DNA from: a bacterium
GTDB lineage: Bacteria > Bacillota > Clostridia > Christensenellales > Aristaeellaceae
Length of the DNA stretch: 60,827 bases
Direction of reading: 5' to 3'
Assembly (NCBI GenBank): GCA_963656345.1
Contig: CAVKHY010000001.1
Span: 1 to 60,827 of the forward strand
Part shown: piece after piece, positions 47,072-56,435 of the stretch
Numbering within the stretch: the stretch's first letter is position 1
Layout of the letters: each line of letters opens with the position of its first letter
The notes under the pieces: generated by a model
The model's database searches: none
Told to the model about the DNA's origin: nothing
The model's input: the letters and a program-made list of their open reading frames with translations, nothing else
Translations under genes and position numbers: made by a program

Positions 47072-47225
47072 ACTCCAGACAAATCTTGATAGCCTTGCTC
47101 AGCACCGTGTCGGCTTCCCCCCGCCACACGCCGAAGCAGATCATCACCACGCCAACGTACAGCAGCAGGCTCTGAAAAAGGATTTTCTTTCCGTGGTTCA
47201 AGCACATCACCCTTTCCGCTTTCAT
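47055..47225 (-). CDS. CXXC-motif membrane microprotein (CD1871A-like), 50-56 aa
   Basis: The C-terminal part of track ORF 47055..47639 reads (MKAERV)MCLNHGKKILFQSLLLYVGVVMICFGVWRGEADTVLSKAIKICLECVGIG. It has one TM and a C-terminal CLEC. The alternative start at 47207 has a GAAAGGG RBS. It overlaps the polyferredoxin gene start by 17 nt. Confidence 0.6.
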   Translation of the reverse strand: MKAERVMCLNHGKKILFQSLLLYVGVVMICFGVWRGEADTVLSKAIKICLECVGIG

Positions 47226-47353
47226 GAGGCCATCATAGCACAAGGGAGGTAAAGTCCCCGTTAAGAAAAGAAAGTTAACACAAACCTTATCTCCTGCTGG
47301 TATAATAGAACAGAACCGAGGGGAATGCAAGATGCAATAAGGAGAAATGACCG

Positions 47354-48031
47354 ATGCGGTTTTTGGTAATCGAGGATGAACGGGAACTGTGCCAGACCAT
47401 TGCCCAAAGCCTGCGCCGCCTTGCCTATAGTGTAGACTGCTGCTATGACGGCGAGAAGGCTCTGGAAATACTGGAAGCGGAGCAATATGATCTGGTACTG
47501 TTGGACTTGAATCTGCCCGGTAAGGACGGCATGACGGTGCTGCGCATTTTCCGCCAGTGGGATCGGGAAACCCCGGTGCTGATTCTTTCCGCCCGCAGCG
47601 AGGTGGCGGATAAAGTCGAAGGCCTTGATGCCGGCGCAAATGACTATCTGGCCAAACCTTTTCATTTGGCGGAATTGGAGGCGCGGATCCGCAGCCTGAC
47701 CCTGCGCCGGTTTACACAGCAGGAAACGGTGCTTCAATGCGGTGAAATCACCTTCGACACCCGTGCGAGGACAGCAACCGCCCATGGTCAGACTTTGCCC
47801 CTGACCCGGAAGGAAACCGGCATTCTGGAATACCTGATGCTCCATCAGGGACGGCCGGTCAGTCAGGAGGAACTAATGGAGCATGTGTGGGACAGCAGCG
47901 TGGATAATTTCAGCAATGCCATTCGGGTGCATATATCTGCCCTGCGGAAGAAGCTTCGGAGTGTGCTGGACTATGATCCTATTCGCAACCGCATCGGTGA
48001 GGGTTACGTCATGGGAGGTGAAGAGCCATGA
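47354..48031 (+). CDS. OmpR-family response regulator
   Basis: Receiver domain MRFLVIEDE...DLVLLDLNLPGKDG. C-terminal winged-helix region with GEGYV. Confidence 0.9.
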   Translation: MRFLVIEDERELCQTIAQSLRRLAYSVDCCYDGEKALEILEAEQYDLVLLDLNLPGKDGMTVLRIFRQWDRETPVLILSARSEVADKVEGLDAGANDYLAKPFHLAELEARIRSLTLRRFTQQETVLQCGEITFDTRARTATAHGQTLPLTRKETGILEYLMLHQGRPVSQEELMEHVWDSSVDNFSNAIRVHISALRKKLRSVLDYDPIRNRIGEGYVMGGEEP

Positions 48032-49182
48032 AGCGGCTTTCCCTGCAGTGGCGCATGACCCTGCTGACTTCTCTTTTGATTGGCGCAGCCTGCATGGTCA
48101 TGATGCTGCTGATGTGCTTTTCCGGCAATCATTATATGGATGCGATCGGCGCTTCCATACAGGACTACACCGCTGACGGCGCCGTTGCCTTTGACCCTGA
48201 TCCGGGCATGCATGAGGAACTGACCATTGTGATTTTGGGTGCCAAGGAAGGCTTCAGGGCAACCAACTGGTATATTACGGCGGCAGTCACGCTTCTCAGC
48301 GGTGTCATGGCTTATTTTGTCAGCGGACGGGCATTGAAGCCCCTCCACGCTTTTGCTGCCCAAGTGGAAAAAGTCCAAATGAACAATCTGGCGGACATGC
48401 GTATCAATGAGGATACTTTGCCGGAGTTTCGCCAACTGAGCTGTTCGTTTAATCAGATGCTGGAGCGGTTGGACAGCGCCTTTGCCGCCCAGAAGCAGTT
48501 TACTGGCAACGCTGCCCACGAGCTGCGTACGCCTTTGGCACTGATGCAGGCCAAGCTGGAGCTTTTTTCGGCGGAGCATCCGCAAGCGATGCCGGAAACA
48601 ACGGCCTTTTTATCCTCTTTGAAGGAACAGATGGAACGGCTGACCCAAATGACCAAGACTCTGCTGGAAATGAGCGGCCTTCAATCCCTGCCACGAAACG
48701 AGCAAATTCAGCTGGAACCCATGATGGAGGAAATTTGTGCCGATCTGGCTCCGCTGGCGGAAAAGCAGCACATCACCTTGTCTCACGAAGGAGACGGTAC
48801 CATGCGGGGCAGCGATACGCTGATCTATCGCCTGCTGTACAATCTAACAGAGAATGCCGTGAAGTACAATCGGCCGGGTGGCAGCGTCCGCATCACGGCC
48901 CGTCAGAAAGGGGATAAGCTGATGGTTCGCGTGCAGGATACGGGGCTCGGCATTCCGGCAACGTACCACCAAAGCGTATTTCAGCCCTTCTTTCGGGTGG
49001 ATCAATCCCGCAGCCGTGCTTGCGGCGGCGCAGGGCTGGGGCTTTCCTTGGCCTGGGAAATTGTCCGGCTGCACGGCGGAACGATCCGGGTGGAGGAGAG
49101 CAGCGACGAAGGCACCGCCATCCTGGCAGAGCTGCCGGCAGAAGACAGTTCTAATGCGCTTGCCGACAACGGAAGACCCTGA
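48028..49182 (+). CDS. Sensor histidine kinase (2 TM, HisKA + HATPase_c)
   Basis: H-box AAHELRTPLA, N-box LTENAVKYN and G-boxes DTGLGIP and GGAGLGLS. ATGA overlap with the regulator gene. Confidence 0.9.
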   Translation: MKRLSLQWRMTLLTSLLIGAACMVMMLLMCFSGNHYMDAIGASIQDYTADGAVAFDPDPGMHEELTIVILGAKEGFRATNWYITAAVTLLSGVMAYFVSGRALKPLHAFAAQVEKVQMNNLADMRINEDTLPEFRQLSCSFNQMLERLDSAFAAQKQFTGNAAHELRTPLALMQAKLELFSAEHPQAMPETTAFLSSLKEQMERLTQMTKTLLEMSGLQSLPRNEQIQLEPMMEEICADLAPLAEKQHITLSHEGDGTMRGSDTLIYRLLYNLTENAVKYNRPGGSVRITARQKGDKLMVRVQDTGLGIPATYHQSVFQPFFRVDQSRSRACGGAGLGLSLAWEIVRLHGGTIRVEESSDEGTAILAELPAEDSSNALADNGRP

Positions 49183-49297
49183 TTGCAACTCTTTGAAAAA
49201 AAACCTTTTCAAGGAGAATGATTTATGATACAATGGTTTGCGGACTTTTTTGCCTGCCCGCAGGCAGAAAGATCTACGGAAAGGCAAGTGAAATGTC

Positions 49298-50368
49298 ATG
49301 ACAGCTTCCGAAAAGCTGATCCAACACCTCGGATTGGGCGCGGCTGATGCTGTTGCCGTGCATAATCCGTCCAATATGTTTTATCTCACCGAAGGCTACA
49401 CCGGTGAAGGCGTGGTGTACATTTCCTGCAAACAGCGGGTGATTGTTACCGATTTCCGCTATACCGAACAGGCCGAGCGTCAGGCACCCGGGTTCAGGGT
49501 GGTCATGACCGATAAGGATTGCTCCCACAGCGCATGGCTGGCCAAGCTGTGCAAAGAGGATGGCATTACCACCCTCCGCTACGAGGACGATTACCTGACG
49601 GTGAAGGATTTCGAGGGTCTCCGCAAAACGGTGGGGGATATGCAGTACATGCCTCTGAACCGTGCGCCAGAAGTGCTCCGGCAGGTGAAGACCGAAGCCG
49701 AGGCTGCGGCCATTCGCAGTGCCTGCGCCATTACCAGCAAGGCCTTTGATGAAGTGCTGGGCAAGATTCACGAAGGCATGACCGAGAAAGAGCTCCGTAT
49801 CGAGCTGGACTTCATCCAGCTGAAGCTGGGCGCTCAGGGTAATTCCTTTGACACCATCATCGCCTCAGGTGTCAACGGAAGCCTGTGCCACGCCGTGCCT
49901 ACGGATAAGAAGCTGGTCAAGGGTGAAATGATCACCATGGACTTTGGCTGCAAGGTAGGCGGCTACTGTTCCGACATGACCCGCACGGTGGCGCTGGGTG
50001 AGCCTTCTGCCGAAATGCGCCGCATCTATGACACGGTGCTCCATGTGCAGACCATTTGCGAGGACGCTGTGGCACCCGGTAAGAACTGCTTTGATATTGA
50101 CAAGATGGCTCGGGATTACATTGATGCACAAGGCTATGCAGGCCGGTTCGGTCACGGGCTGGGTCATGCGGTAGGCATTGACATTCATGAGAATCCCCGC
50201 TTCAGCCCCTCCTGTCATGATACCCTTGTGCCCGGTATTGTGATCACGGTGGAGCCCGGTGTGTACGTTCCCGGTTTGGGCGGCGTCCGCATTGAAAATA
50301 CGGTGCTGGTGACGGAAAACGGTCATGAAGCACTGACCACGGCACCTAAGCAGCTGATTGTGCTGTAA
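49298..50368 (+). CDS. M24-family Xaa-Pro aminopeptidase/dipeptidase
   Basis: Metal-ligand regions are [28 protein letters not shown] and EPGVY...RIEN. Confidence 0.85.
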   Translation: MTASEKLIQHLGLGAADAVAVHNPSNMFYLTEGYTGEGVVYISCKQRVIVTDFRYTEQAERQAPGFRVVMTDKDCSHSAWLAKLCKEDGITTLRYEDDYLTVKDFEGLRKTVGDMQYMPLNRAPEVLRQVKTEAEAAAIRSACAITSKAFDEVLGKIHEGMTEKELRIELDFIQLKLGAQGNSFDTIIASGVNGSLCHAVPTDKKLVKGEMITMDFGCKVGGYCSDMTRTVALGEPSAEMRRIYDTVLHVQTICEDAVAPGKNCFDIDKMARDYIDAQGYAGRFGHGLGHAVGIDIHENPRFSPSCHDTLVPGIVITVEPGVYVPGLGGVRIENTVLVTENGHEALTTAPKQLIVL

Positions 50369-50420
50369 CCCACGCTAGCAATCACCTAAATCAATAAGAA
50401 CATAGACGGAGGAATGGATC

Positions 50421-50978
50421 ATGATTACTGCAGGCGATTTCAAAAAGGGTATTACCGTTGAATGGGACGGCGGCGTATGGACCATCGTGGACTTCCAGCA
50501 CGTGAAGCCCGGCAAGGGCGCTGCCTTTGTCCGCACCAAGACCAAGAACGTGATGACCGGCGCCGTGGTTGAGCGCTCCTTCAACCCTACCGACAAGATG
50601 CCCAAGGCCATCATCGAAACCAAGGAAATGCAGTACGTGTACAACGACGGTGACCTGTACTACTTCATGGACAATGAGACCTACGAGCAGCTGCCCCTGA
50701 ACCACGACCAGGTGGAAGACGCTATCGCTTTCGTGAAGGAAGGCACCAACGTAACCGTGCGTTTCTTCAAGGGCAGCGCCTTCTCTGTGGAAGCTCCCAA
50801 CTTCGTGACCCTGGAAGTAACCGACACCGAGCCTGGCTTCAAGGGCGACACCGCTTCCAATACCTACAAGCCTGCAACCCTGGAGACTGGCTACAGCCTG
50901 CAGGTGCCCCTGTTTGTCAACACCGGCGACATGATCCGTGTGGATACCCGCACCGGCGAGTACATGGAGCGCGCCTGA
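50421..50978 (+). CDS. efp: Elongation factor P
   Basis: [43 protein letters not shown]. 185 aa. Confidence 0.95.
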   Translation: MITAGDFKKGITVEWDGGVWTIVDFQHVKPGKGAAFVRTKTKNVMTGAVVERSFNPTDKMPKAIIETKEMQYVYNDGDLYYFMDNETYEQLPLNHDQVEDAIAFVKEGTNVTVRFFKGSAFSVEAPNFVTLEVTDTEPGFKGDTASNTYKPATLETGYSLQVPLFVNTGDMIRVDTRTGEYMERA

Positions 50979-50991
50979 TTCTGAGTCCTTC

Positions 50992-51025
50992 TGCCCGCGG
51001 GTTGTCCACGGGCAGTTTTTCTTTC
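50992..51025 (+). terminator. Intrinsic terminator after efp
   Basis: Stem CTGCCCG / CGGGCAG followed by TTTTTCTTT. Confidence 0.75.
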
Positions 51026-51080
51026 CATCCATTTCTGTGATTGCCACGCAGCATGCGTGAACAAAAGGAGGCAATGTGTT

Positions 51081-51584
51081 ATGAGTAAGCTTACGGACCG
51101 TGTCAGTTACCTGAAGGGACTTGCCGAGGGGCTGAAGCTCAATGCCGACAAGGACACCAATCGCATGATTCTGGAGATTCTGGATGTGCTGTCGGAAACC
51201 GCCGATGACCTTTCCCAGCTGACTGAAGCTCACAACGAGCTGAACGACTATGTGGAAAGCATCGACGATGACCTGGCCGAGCTGGAAGAGGATCTCTTCG
51301 ACGACGAAGATGATGACTACTATGACGATGATGACGACGGCTACGACTTCGACGATGCGGAAGATGACGAGTGCGGCTGCGGCTGTGGTCACCACCATCA
51401 TCACGACGAGGACGATGATGAGGATGAGGACGACGAGGATGATGATGAAGTCATTTCCTATGCCTGCCCCCACTGCCATCACGAGCTGGAGTTCAAGGCT
51501 TCCGATGTGGACTTCGATGAAGATTATCGGTGCCCTGCCTGCGGCAAGCCTGTCTTCCCTGAGCTGACGGACGACGAGGAATAA
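51081..51584 (+). CDS. CD1247-like protein: N-terminal helical domain, hyper-acidic linker with CGCGCGHHHHH, C-terminal zinc ribbon
   Basis: AAAGGAGG RBS then ATG 51081 (MSKLTDRVSYLKGLAEGL). The D/E-rich tract is about 70 aa. C-terminal CPHCHHE...CPACGKP. Confidence 0.7.
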   Translation: MSKLTDRVSYLKGLAEGLKLNADKDTNRMILEILDVLSETADDLSQLTEAHNELNDYVESIDDDLAELEEDLFDDEDDDYYDDDDDGYDFDDAEDDECGCGCGHHHHHDEDDDEDEDDEDDDEVISYACPHCHHELEFKASDVDFDEDYRCPACGKPVFPELTDDEE

Positions 51585-51597
51585 TCCTGCAAACCCA

Positions 51598-51632
51598 ATA
51601 CGCCTCGGCAGAGCAATTCTGCCGAGGCGTAT
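51598..51632. terminator. Bidirectional intrinsic terminator
   Basis: Perfect 14-bp stem ATACGCCTCGGCAG / CTGCCGAGGCGTAT between convergent genes. Confidence 0.75.
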
Positions 51633-51649
51633 TTGTCTTCAAGGCACAT

Positions 51650-51991
51650 TTATTTGTTCCATGCTTCCCAAGTCTCCGGGGCATAGCCCAGGGTGCATTT
51701 GCTGCCGTTGCGCACAATGGGGGACTTCAGCAGCCAAGGACATTCCAGCACAGCAGGCAGCAACAGGCTGTCACGATCGTAATAACAGGCCGGGTGCTCT
51801 TTCACCTTTTTGTCCTCCCGGTCAATCAGATTGTTGAGCCCGCCCAAAGCCTGCGCCATGGTTTGCACTTCCCTCTCTCCCAGGCGGTGCTTCTTCAAAT
51901 CCATCACCTGCACCGGAATGCGGCGCTCCTTAAAAAAGCGTTCCGCCTTCTGCACATCAAAATTCTTTTTGCTGATATAGAGCTGTATCAT
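51650..51991 (-). CDS. ArsC/Spx/MgsR-family thioredoxin-fold protein lacking the N-terminal redox cysteine(s)
   Basis: MIQLYISKKNFDVQKAERFFKERRIPVQVMDL follows the family N-terminal pattern. KKNF sits where CxxC or C is expected. Confidence 0.75.
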   Translation of the reverse strand: MIQLYISKKNFDVQKAERFFKERRIPVQVMDLKKHRLGEREVQTMAQALGGLNNLIDREDKKVKEHPACYYDRDSLLLPAVLECPWLLKSPIVRNGSKCTLGYAPETWEAWNK

Positions 51992-52003
51992 TGTTCTTCC
52001 CCC

Positions 52004-52969
52004 TTACAGGCGGCGAATATCATCCCCGCGGAAAAGCAGCAGATCGCACTTCCGCTTGTCCGTCAGCCGGGATGCAATCCGCTCCGTATACCGCTGCCGC
52101 AGTTCCCGTTCGTTCAGGTTGGTGGAATATACCGTGCCTCTGCCGGTGCTGCGCCGCTCATTGATCAGGTTAAATAGCTGGACGATGGTGATGTTCTCCA
52201 TCAGAGGCTCACTGCCCAGGTCATCCAGCAGCAGCACATCGGTGGTCATGAGGCTTTCCATGGCATCGGCATTTCCGCCGAAGTAGGCCTTCCTTGCCGT
52301 ATCCAGAAAACGATAGGCGCTGATGAGCAGCACATTCATCCCTCGATCCAGCAATCGGCGTGCCATGGCGTGCATCAGGAAGGTTTTGCCCAGGCCGCTG
52401 GGCCCCATCAGCAGCAGATCCTGCGTATCCGCCTTGGGATAACGATCCGCATAATCCCGGCACATGTCCCGAATTACCTGCATGTTTTCCCGCTGGGTGC
52501 AGGGCATGTCCGGCAAAGGCCTATTCGGGAAGACGGACAGGTCAAAGGTATCGAAAGTCTGCCGATCATCTTCTTCCAGCCCCACCTGCCGGTAAAGCTG
52601 CCGATAATAAGCCGTGCGCATACATTCACACATTTCTTTTACCGGCTCGCCCACATAGCCCGTATCCTTGCAAAGCTTGCAGCGATACACCGGAGCAAGG
52701 TAATCCTCCGGCAGCCCTCCGGCTTTCAGGCAGGCGTTCACACGGTTGTTCAGCAGGGTCATGCGCTGGGGAAGATCCTCCGCTTGTGCGGTTCCTCCCA
52801 GAATGCCCCGAACACCGTGATAGATGAGCTGCTGCCGATCCTCCAGCAGCTCCTTCAGCCCCGGACAACGGCGGATGGCTTCTTTTTGGCGGCGATCTTC
52901 TTCCTGACTGTCCAGCATGCGCTGCTGTTCGTATTCTGACTGCAGCTGACGCAGAATCTCATTACGCAT
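52004..52969 (-). CDS. DnaI/DnaC-like AAA+ helicase loader
   Basis: Zn-binding-like segment CKLCKDTGYV...CEC. Walker A LLMGPSGLGKTFL and Walker B LLLDDLG. Confidence 0.8.
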   Translation of the reverse strand: MRNEILRQLQSEYEQQRMLDSQEEDRRQKEAIRRCPGLKELLEDRQQLIYHGVRGILGGTAQAEDLPQRMTLLNNRVNACLKAGGLPEDYLAPVYRCKLCKDTGYVGEPVKEMCECMRTAYYRQLYRQVGLEEDDRQTFDTFDLSVFPNRPLPDMPCTQRENMQVIRDMCRDYADRYPKADTQDLLLMGPSGLGKTFLMHAMARRLLDRGMNVLLISAYRFLDTARKAYFGGNADAMESLMTTDVLLLDDLGSEPLMENITIVQLFNLINERRSTGRGTVYSTNLNERELRQRYTERIASRLTDKRKCDLLLFRGDDIRRL

Positions 52970-54461
52970 TGGACTTCAGCTCCTTCAGCCGCTTGGCCAT
53001 CCGTTCGGTCATGCCCTGGGTGACTTCGTACTCACGCTGCTCGTACTGCTGCTCTCGCACAACCTTTCCGACGGGTTTGGCGACCTCTTTCCCCTTCTCC
53101 TGCTGGGCTTGATAGGCTGCCCGGGAGGCTTCCATTTGAGCCGGGGTGCGAATGCCCTGTTCATGCAGGGAGGTGAGCATTTTATCCAGATAGGGTACCG
53201 GGTTTTCTGCTTTGCCGGACAGGGCGCCGCAGTGCAGGATCATTTCATCCGTCATCTGCATATCGCCCATCCACTTCTGCACCAGAGCCCGATCTGCCGC
53301 CGTAGGCTTGCCGCGCTTCCCCCATGCTTCATACAGCACTTGCAGAATATCGTTGGAGGCCTTGAATTTCATTACATAGTCCTGGGCCTCGGCAATGTTG
53401 CGGATGCCTTTCTGCTTCCAGGAGCGGAGCATCAGCTGCACATCATCAATGCCCTTGCCTGCTCGGGCACATTCCCGCCCTGCCAGCAGAATCACATCAT
53501 CGGTATACAACGCCCGCATTTCATCATAGAGTGCCAGCGTTCCTTCATTCACGGTAGCACCCGTATTCATGGTATTCAAGAGCGCCTTCAGGGGAGCAAT
53601 CCTTTCCGCATTGGCGGTGCGGGCTGCCTCCACCTCCTTAGCTGAGCGCATGCCCTTGCCCTGGTTCCGTTTCTTGATGCCGCCCAAAATGCCGTCCAGA
53701 TAGGAAAAAGACGGATCCCCCTTGGTGGTTTCCGCACAGGCATCCAAAATAGCGTCCTCGGAAAATCCCCAGTCCCGATTCCATCGACGATACATGGCCT
53801 GCTCATCCTCTGAGGGAAGGCGACGCTTGCCCATGCGGCGAAGCACCTTCCGGCAGCCGTCATAGATGGCTTTGTCCCGGTCAAAGAAGGACTCTGCATC
53901 CTCCACCGACATGATCTTTTCATCCGCCATTTGAATGGCCAGCTTCTGCGCCGTATTGAAGGAGAAGTGTTTCCCTTTGGTTTCGATGCAGTGCTGCACC
54001 AGCATCAGCACCACGTCCGCAGGCAGATTCATTTCCTCCACCCACTCGTAGGCCATGGTCATATCGTTGGTGCTGGGACGGCGATCCGCCCCGAAGAGGG
54101 CGTACATGGCCTCGGCAAACTCCGCATAGGCATCGTCCACCGCCGGTTCCGTATTCATAAACAGCCGCTGCTTGACCGTGATGTACCGCCAGGACGGTGG
54201 ATCATCGCTGATGCGGCGAACAAGTCCCTTTCGTTCCCAATGCCGATAAGCAGCGAGCACCTGCTCCGGGGAAATGTCCAGGTCGTGTGCCATTTGCTGC
54301 ACACTCATTTCCGCCGTGGGGTGATAGCAATGCATCAGCCCATACAGATAAACCTTCACATAAGCGCCCCGGGCGCCGGGCATGTATTCCAGAATAAACT
54401 GGTTCTCCACCGGGGTGACATCAAACATGGCAAACTGCTCATCAAAATCAAACACCCCCAT
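52962..54461 (-). CDS. DnaD-domain replication initiation protein (B. subtilis DnaB-like)
   Basis: GAAGGAGGG RBS then ATG 54461. N-terminus FILEYMPGARGAYVKVYLYGL, with repeated DnaD-like C-terminal modules. 8-nt overlap with the loader gene. Confidence 0.75.
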   Translation of the reverse strand: MGVFDFDEQFAMFDVTPVENQFILEYMPGARGAYVKVYLYGLMHCYHPTAEMSVQQMAHDLDISPEQVLAAYRHWERKGLVRRISDDPPSWRYITVKQRLFMNTEPAVDDAYAEFAEAMYALFGADRRPSTNDMTMAYEWVEEMNLPADVVLMLVQHCIETKGKHFSFNTAQKLAIQMADEKIMSVEDAESFFDRDKAIYDGCRKVLRRMGKRRLPSEDEQAMYRRWNRDWGFSEDAILDACAETTKGDPSFSYLDGILGGIKKRNQGKGMRSAKEVEAARTANAERIAPLKALLNTMNTGATVNEGTLALYDEMRALYTDDVILLAGRECARAGKGIDDVQLMLRSWKQKGIRNIAEAQDYVMKFKASNDILQVLYEAWGKRGKPTAADRALVQKWMGDMQMTDEMILHCGALSGKAENPVPYLDKMLTSLHEQGIRTPAQMEASRAAYQAQQEKGKEVAKPVGKVVREQQYEQREYEVTQGMTERMAKRLKELKSNA

Positions 54462-54546
54462 GCGAGATCCCTCCTTCATTCATGGGTTTCATTATAGCAT
54501 AGAAAAGCAAGGAAGGGCAAGAAGGTGCAGAACATCGAATCAACAG

Positions 54547-54589
54547 AAAACCCCCTGTATCAGCAGGCTTGAGTGCTGATACAGGGGGA
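54547..54589 (-). terminator. Intrinsic terminator after the flavoprotein reductase gene
   Basis: Stem CCCCCTGTATCAGCA / GCTGATACAGGGGG. The minus strand continues with TTTTCTGTT. Confidence 0.75.
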
Positions 54590-54603
54590 GTGGTCAAACT
54601 AAC

Positions 54604-56385
54604 TTACTTGGCTGCTGCGGCATGCTCTGCGGCAATGATGCCCCAGGTTGCGCACATGGCGTGGTTGATGCCGCCGAAGTTAATCTTGCCCAGAATGTTG
54701 CTGGGGCCAAGGATCTCGCCAGCCAGGGACAGTCCGTTGATGACGGAGCCGTCTTCCCGCTGGAGATAGCCGTCTTCGTTGGCACGAACGCCGCCGGAGG
54801 TGCCGGACCACACATAGGGCACAGTCACTACAGCGTAATAGGGTCCTTCCTCAAAGGCAACCATGCTGTCGGCAGAGCGGCCGAAGGCACTGTCCGTACC
54901 GGCTGTTACGTCCTTGTTGTAGGCTTCCACGGTGGATACCAGGTTGGATGCGCCGATCATCTCTGCCAGCTCTTCCAGGGTATCTGCCTTGTAGACACAG
55001 TTGCCGGCGGCGGCTAGCTCATCCAGCTTGTCCCAGCCGTTATTCTCCAGCACAGCCTTGTTCATCATAGGATGCTTCAGGAAGGCCTGCTCCTTGTCGA
55101 TCATGTTGCCGGAGATGACGGCATACAGCTTGCTTTCCTTCTGACCGTACCACATGGCGCTGGTGGCGGATTCTTCTGCGCCTACCCGGTCGCCGTCGGT
55201 GTTCACGTAGATCATGCCGGGGTACTTGTTATTGATCTGGTACCGCATGGCAAAACCGTCCGTGGGAACGCCACCGCCGTAGAAGTTCACAATTTCGTCC
55301 ATGTTATCGTACACGCCGCCCACTGCCTTGGCCAGCAGGAAGCCGGAACCGTTGGAGGTGCTGGGAGCGCAGGAAATCACATTTTCGAAGCCGGACAGCT
55401 TCAGCAGATCTTCATTATAGGAATAGCCGCCGGTTGCCAGCACCACGTTCTTAGCACGGAACTCACGGTCGCCGGCCTTTACGCCTACACACTGATCCCC
55501 TTCCACCAGCAGTTCGGTGACAGTGGTGTTGTAGAAAATCTGTGCATTGCCGTCAGCAATGGCCTGCTCCAGCCGGGCATTGAGAGGCTCCAGATAAGCG
55601 TTGGCTGCGCCCATGGAGTAAGAGCCGAGGGCGCGGGTCACGCGGAGGGTCTTCATGGCGGTGTAAGCGCCGCCTACCAGGCTACGATCGCCGAAGTCAA
55701 CGCCCAGGTCCTCATCCAGCCAGTCGATGGCATCCTTGGCACGTTCGGTGTGCATCTTGGCCAGTGCCTTGTTGAATTCGCCCTCGCCGCCCAGTGCTTC
55801 AATATCAGCGTAGAAGGATTCAGGCGTATCTTCCACGCCGTTTTCCTTCTGAATCTTGAAGCCTGCGCCGCTGATAGTGCCGCCGGCATAGTGAATGCAG
55901 CCGCCGGTGCGGACGCTTTCTTCCAGTACCAACACCTTCAGTCCCAGTTCTACGCCCCGGGCTGTTGCTACCAAACCGGCCATGCCTGCGCCCACAACGA
56001 TCATGTCCGGCTCAATGGTCAGTTCGGTGTTCTGCTCCTCAGTTTCACCGCTGAGAGCATTCTTTACGGCCTCCATAATGCCGTTGGATGTCAGGGTAGC
56101 GCCTGCCACCGCATCCACATCAGCACTGTTGGCCGCCACGATAGCGCCGGGAATCTGCTCAATGGCCGGGTCGGATACGCCGGCCGTCTCCCCGTGATTG
56201 TTAATGGTTACGTCTGCAATCTTTCCATCGGCGACCGTTACGGTCACCTCGATGTTGGAATGCATGCCCTTGCCGGTGCCTACATAAGTACCATCGGTCA
56301 GAGTTGTTTCTGCCACGGCAGGCACGATGCCCATGAGCATCATCACAGCCAGCAGCAGGCTGAGGAAATTCCTTGCCTTTTTCAT
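54604..56385 (-). CDS. Secreted flavoprotein reductase: FMN_bind domain plus FAD-dependent fumarate/urocanate-reductase-like domain
   Basis: Signal peptide MKKARNFLSLLLAVMMLMGIVPAVA. FMN_bind domain with DAVAGATLTS. FAD Rossmann motif VVGAGMAGLVATARG. 593 aa. Confidence 0.85.
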   Translation of the reverse strand: MKKARNFLSLLLAVMMLMGIVPAVAETTLTDGTYVGTGKGMHSNIEVTVTVADGKIADVTINNHGETAGVSDPAIEQIPGAIVAANSADVDAVAGATLTSNGIMEAVKNALSGETEEQNTELTIEPDMIVVGAGMAGLVATARGVELGLKVLVLEESVRTGGCIHYAGGTISGAGFKIQKENGVEDTPESFYADIEALGGEGEFNKALAKMHTERAKDAIDWLDEDLGVDFGDRSLVGGAYTAMKTLRVTRALGSYSMGAANAYLEPLNARLEQAIADGNAQIFYNTTVTELLVEGDQCVGVKAGDREFRAKNVVLATGGYSYNEDLLKLSGFENVISCAPSTSNGSGFLLAKAVGGVYDNMDEIVNFYGGGVPTDGFAMRYQINNKYPGMIYVNTDGDRVGAEESATSAMWYGQKESKLYAVISGNMIDKEQAFLKHPMMNKAVLENNGWDKLDELAAAGNCVYKADTLEELAEMIGASNLVSTVEAYNKDVTAGTDSAFGRSADSMVAFEEGPYYAVVTVPYVWSGTSGGVRANEDGYLQREDGSVINGLSLAGEILGPSNILGKINFGGINHAMCATWGIIAAEHAAAAK

Positions 56386-56435
56386 TTGTTGTCTCCTCCC
56401 TAATCGTTGGAAAAGTATAACCTTTTCTGGTGCGT

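Noticed and set aside
47226-47639. N-terminal 138 residues of track ORF 47055-47639
   Set aside because: This part runs antisense through the response-regulator promoter and 5' coding region and is Pro/Arg-rich. Only the last 50-56 codons, with a TM helix and CLEC, resemble a real CXXC microprotein.
52004-54461. IstB-like AAA+ ATPase plus upstream gene, considered as an IS21-type element or prophage replication module
   Set aside because: There is no transposase, integrase, inverted repeats or phage genes nearby. The upstream protein has DnaD-type domains. The pair matches the chromosomal dnaB-dnaI arrangement of Firmicutes.
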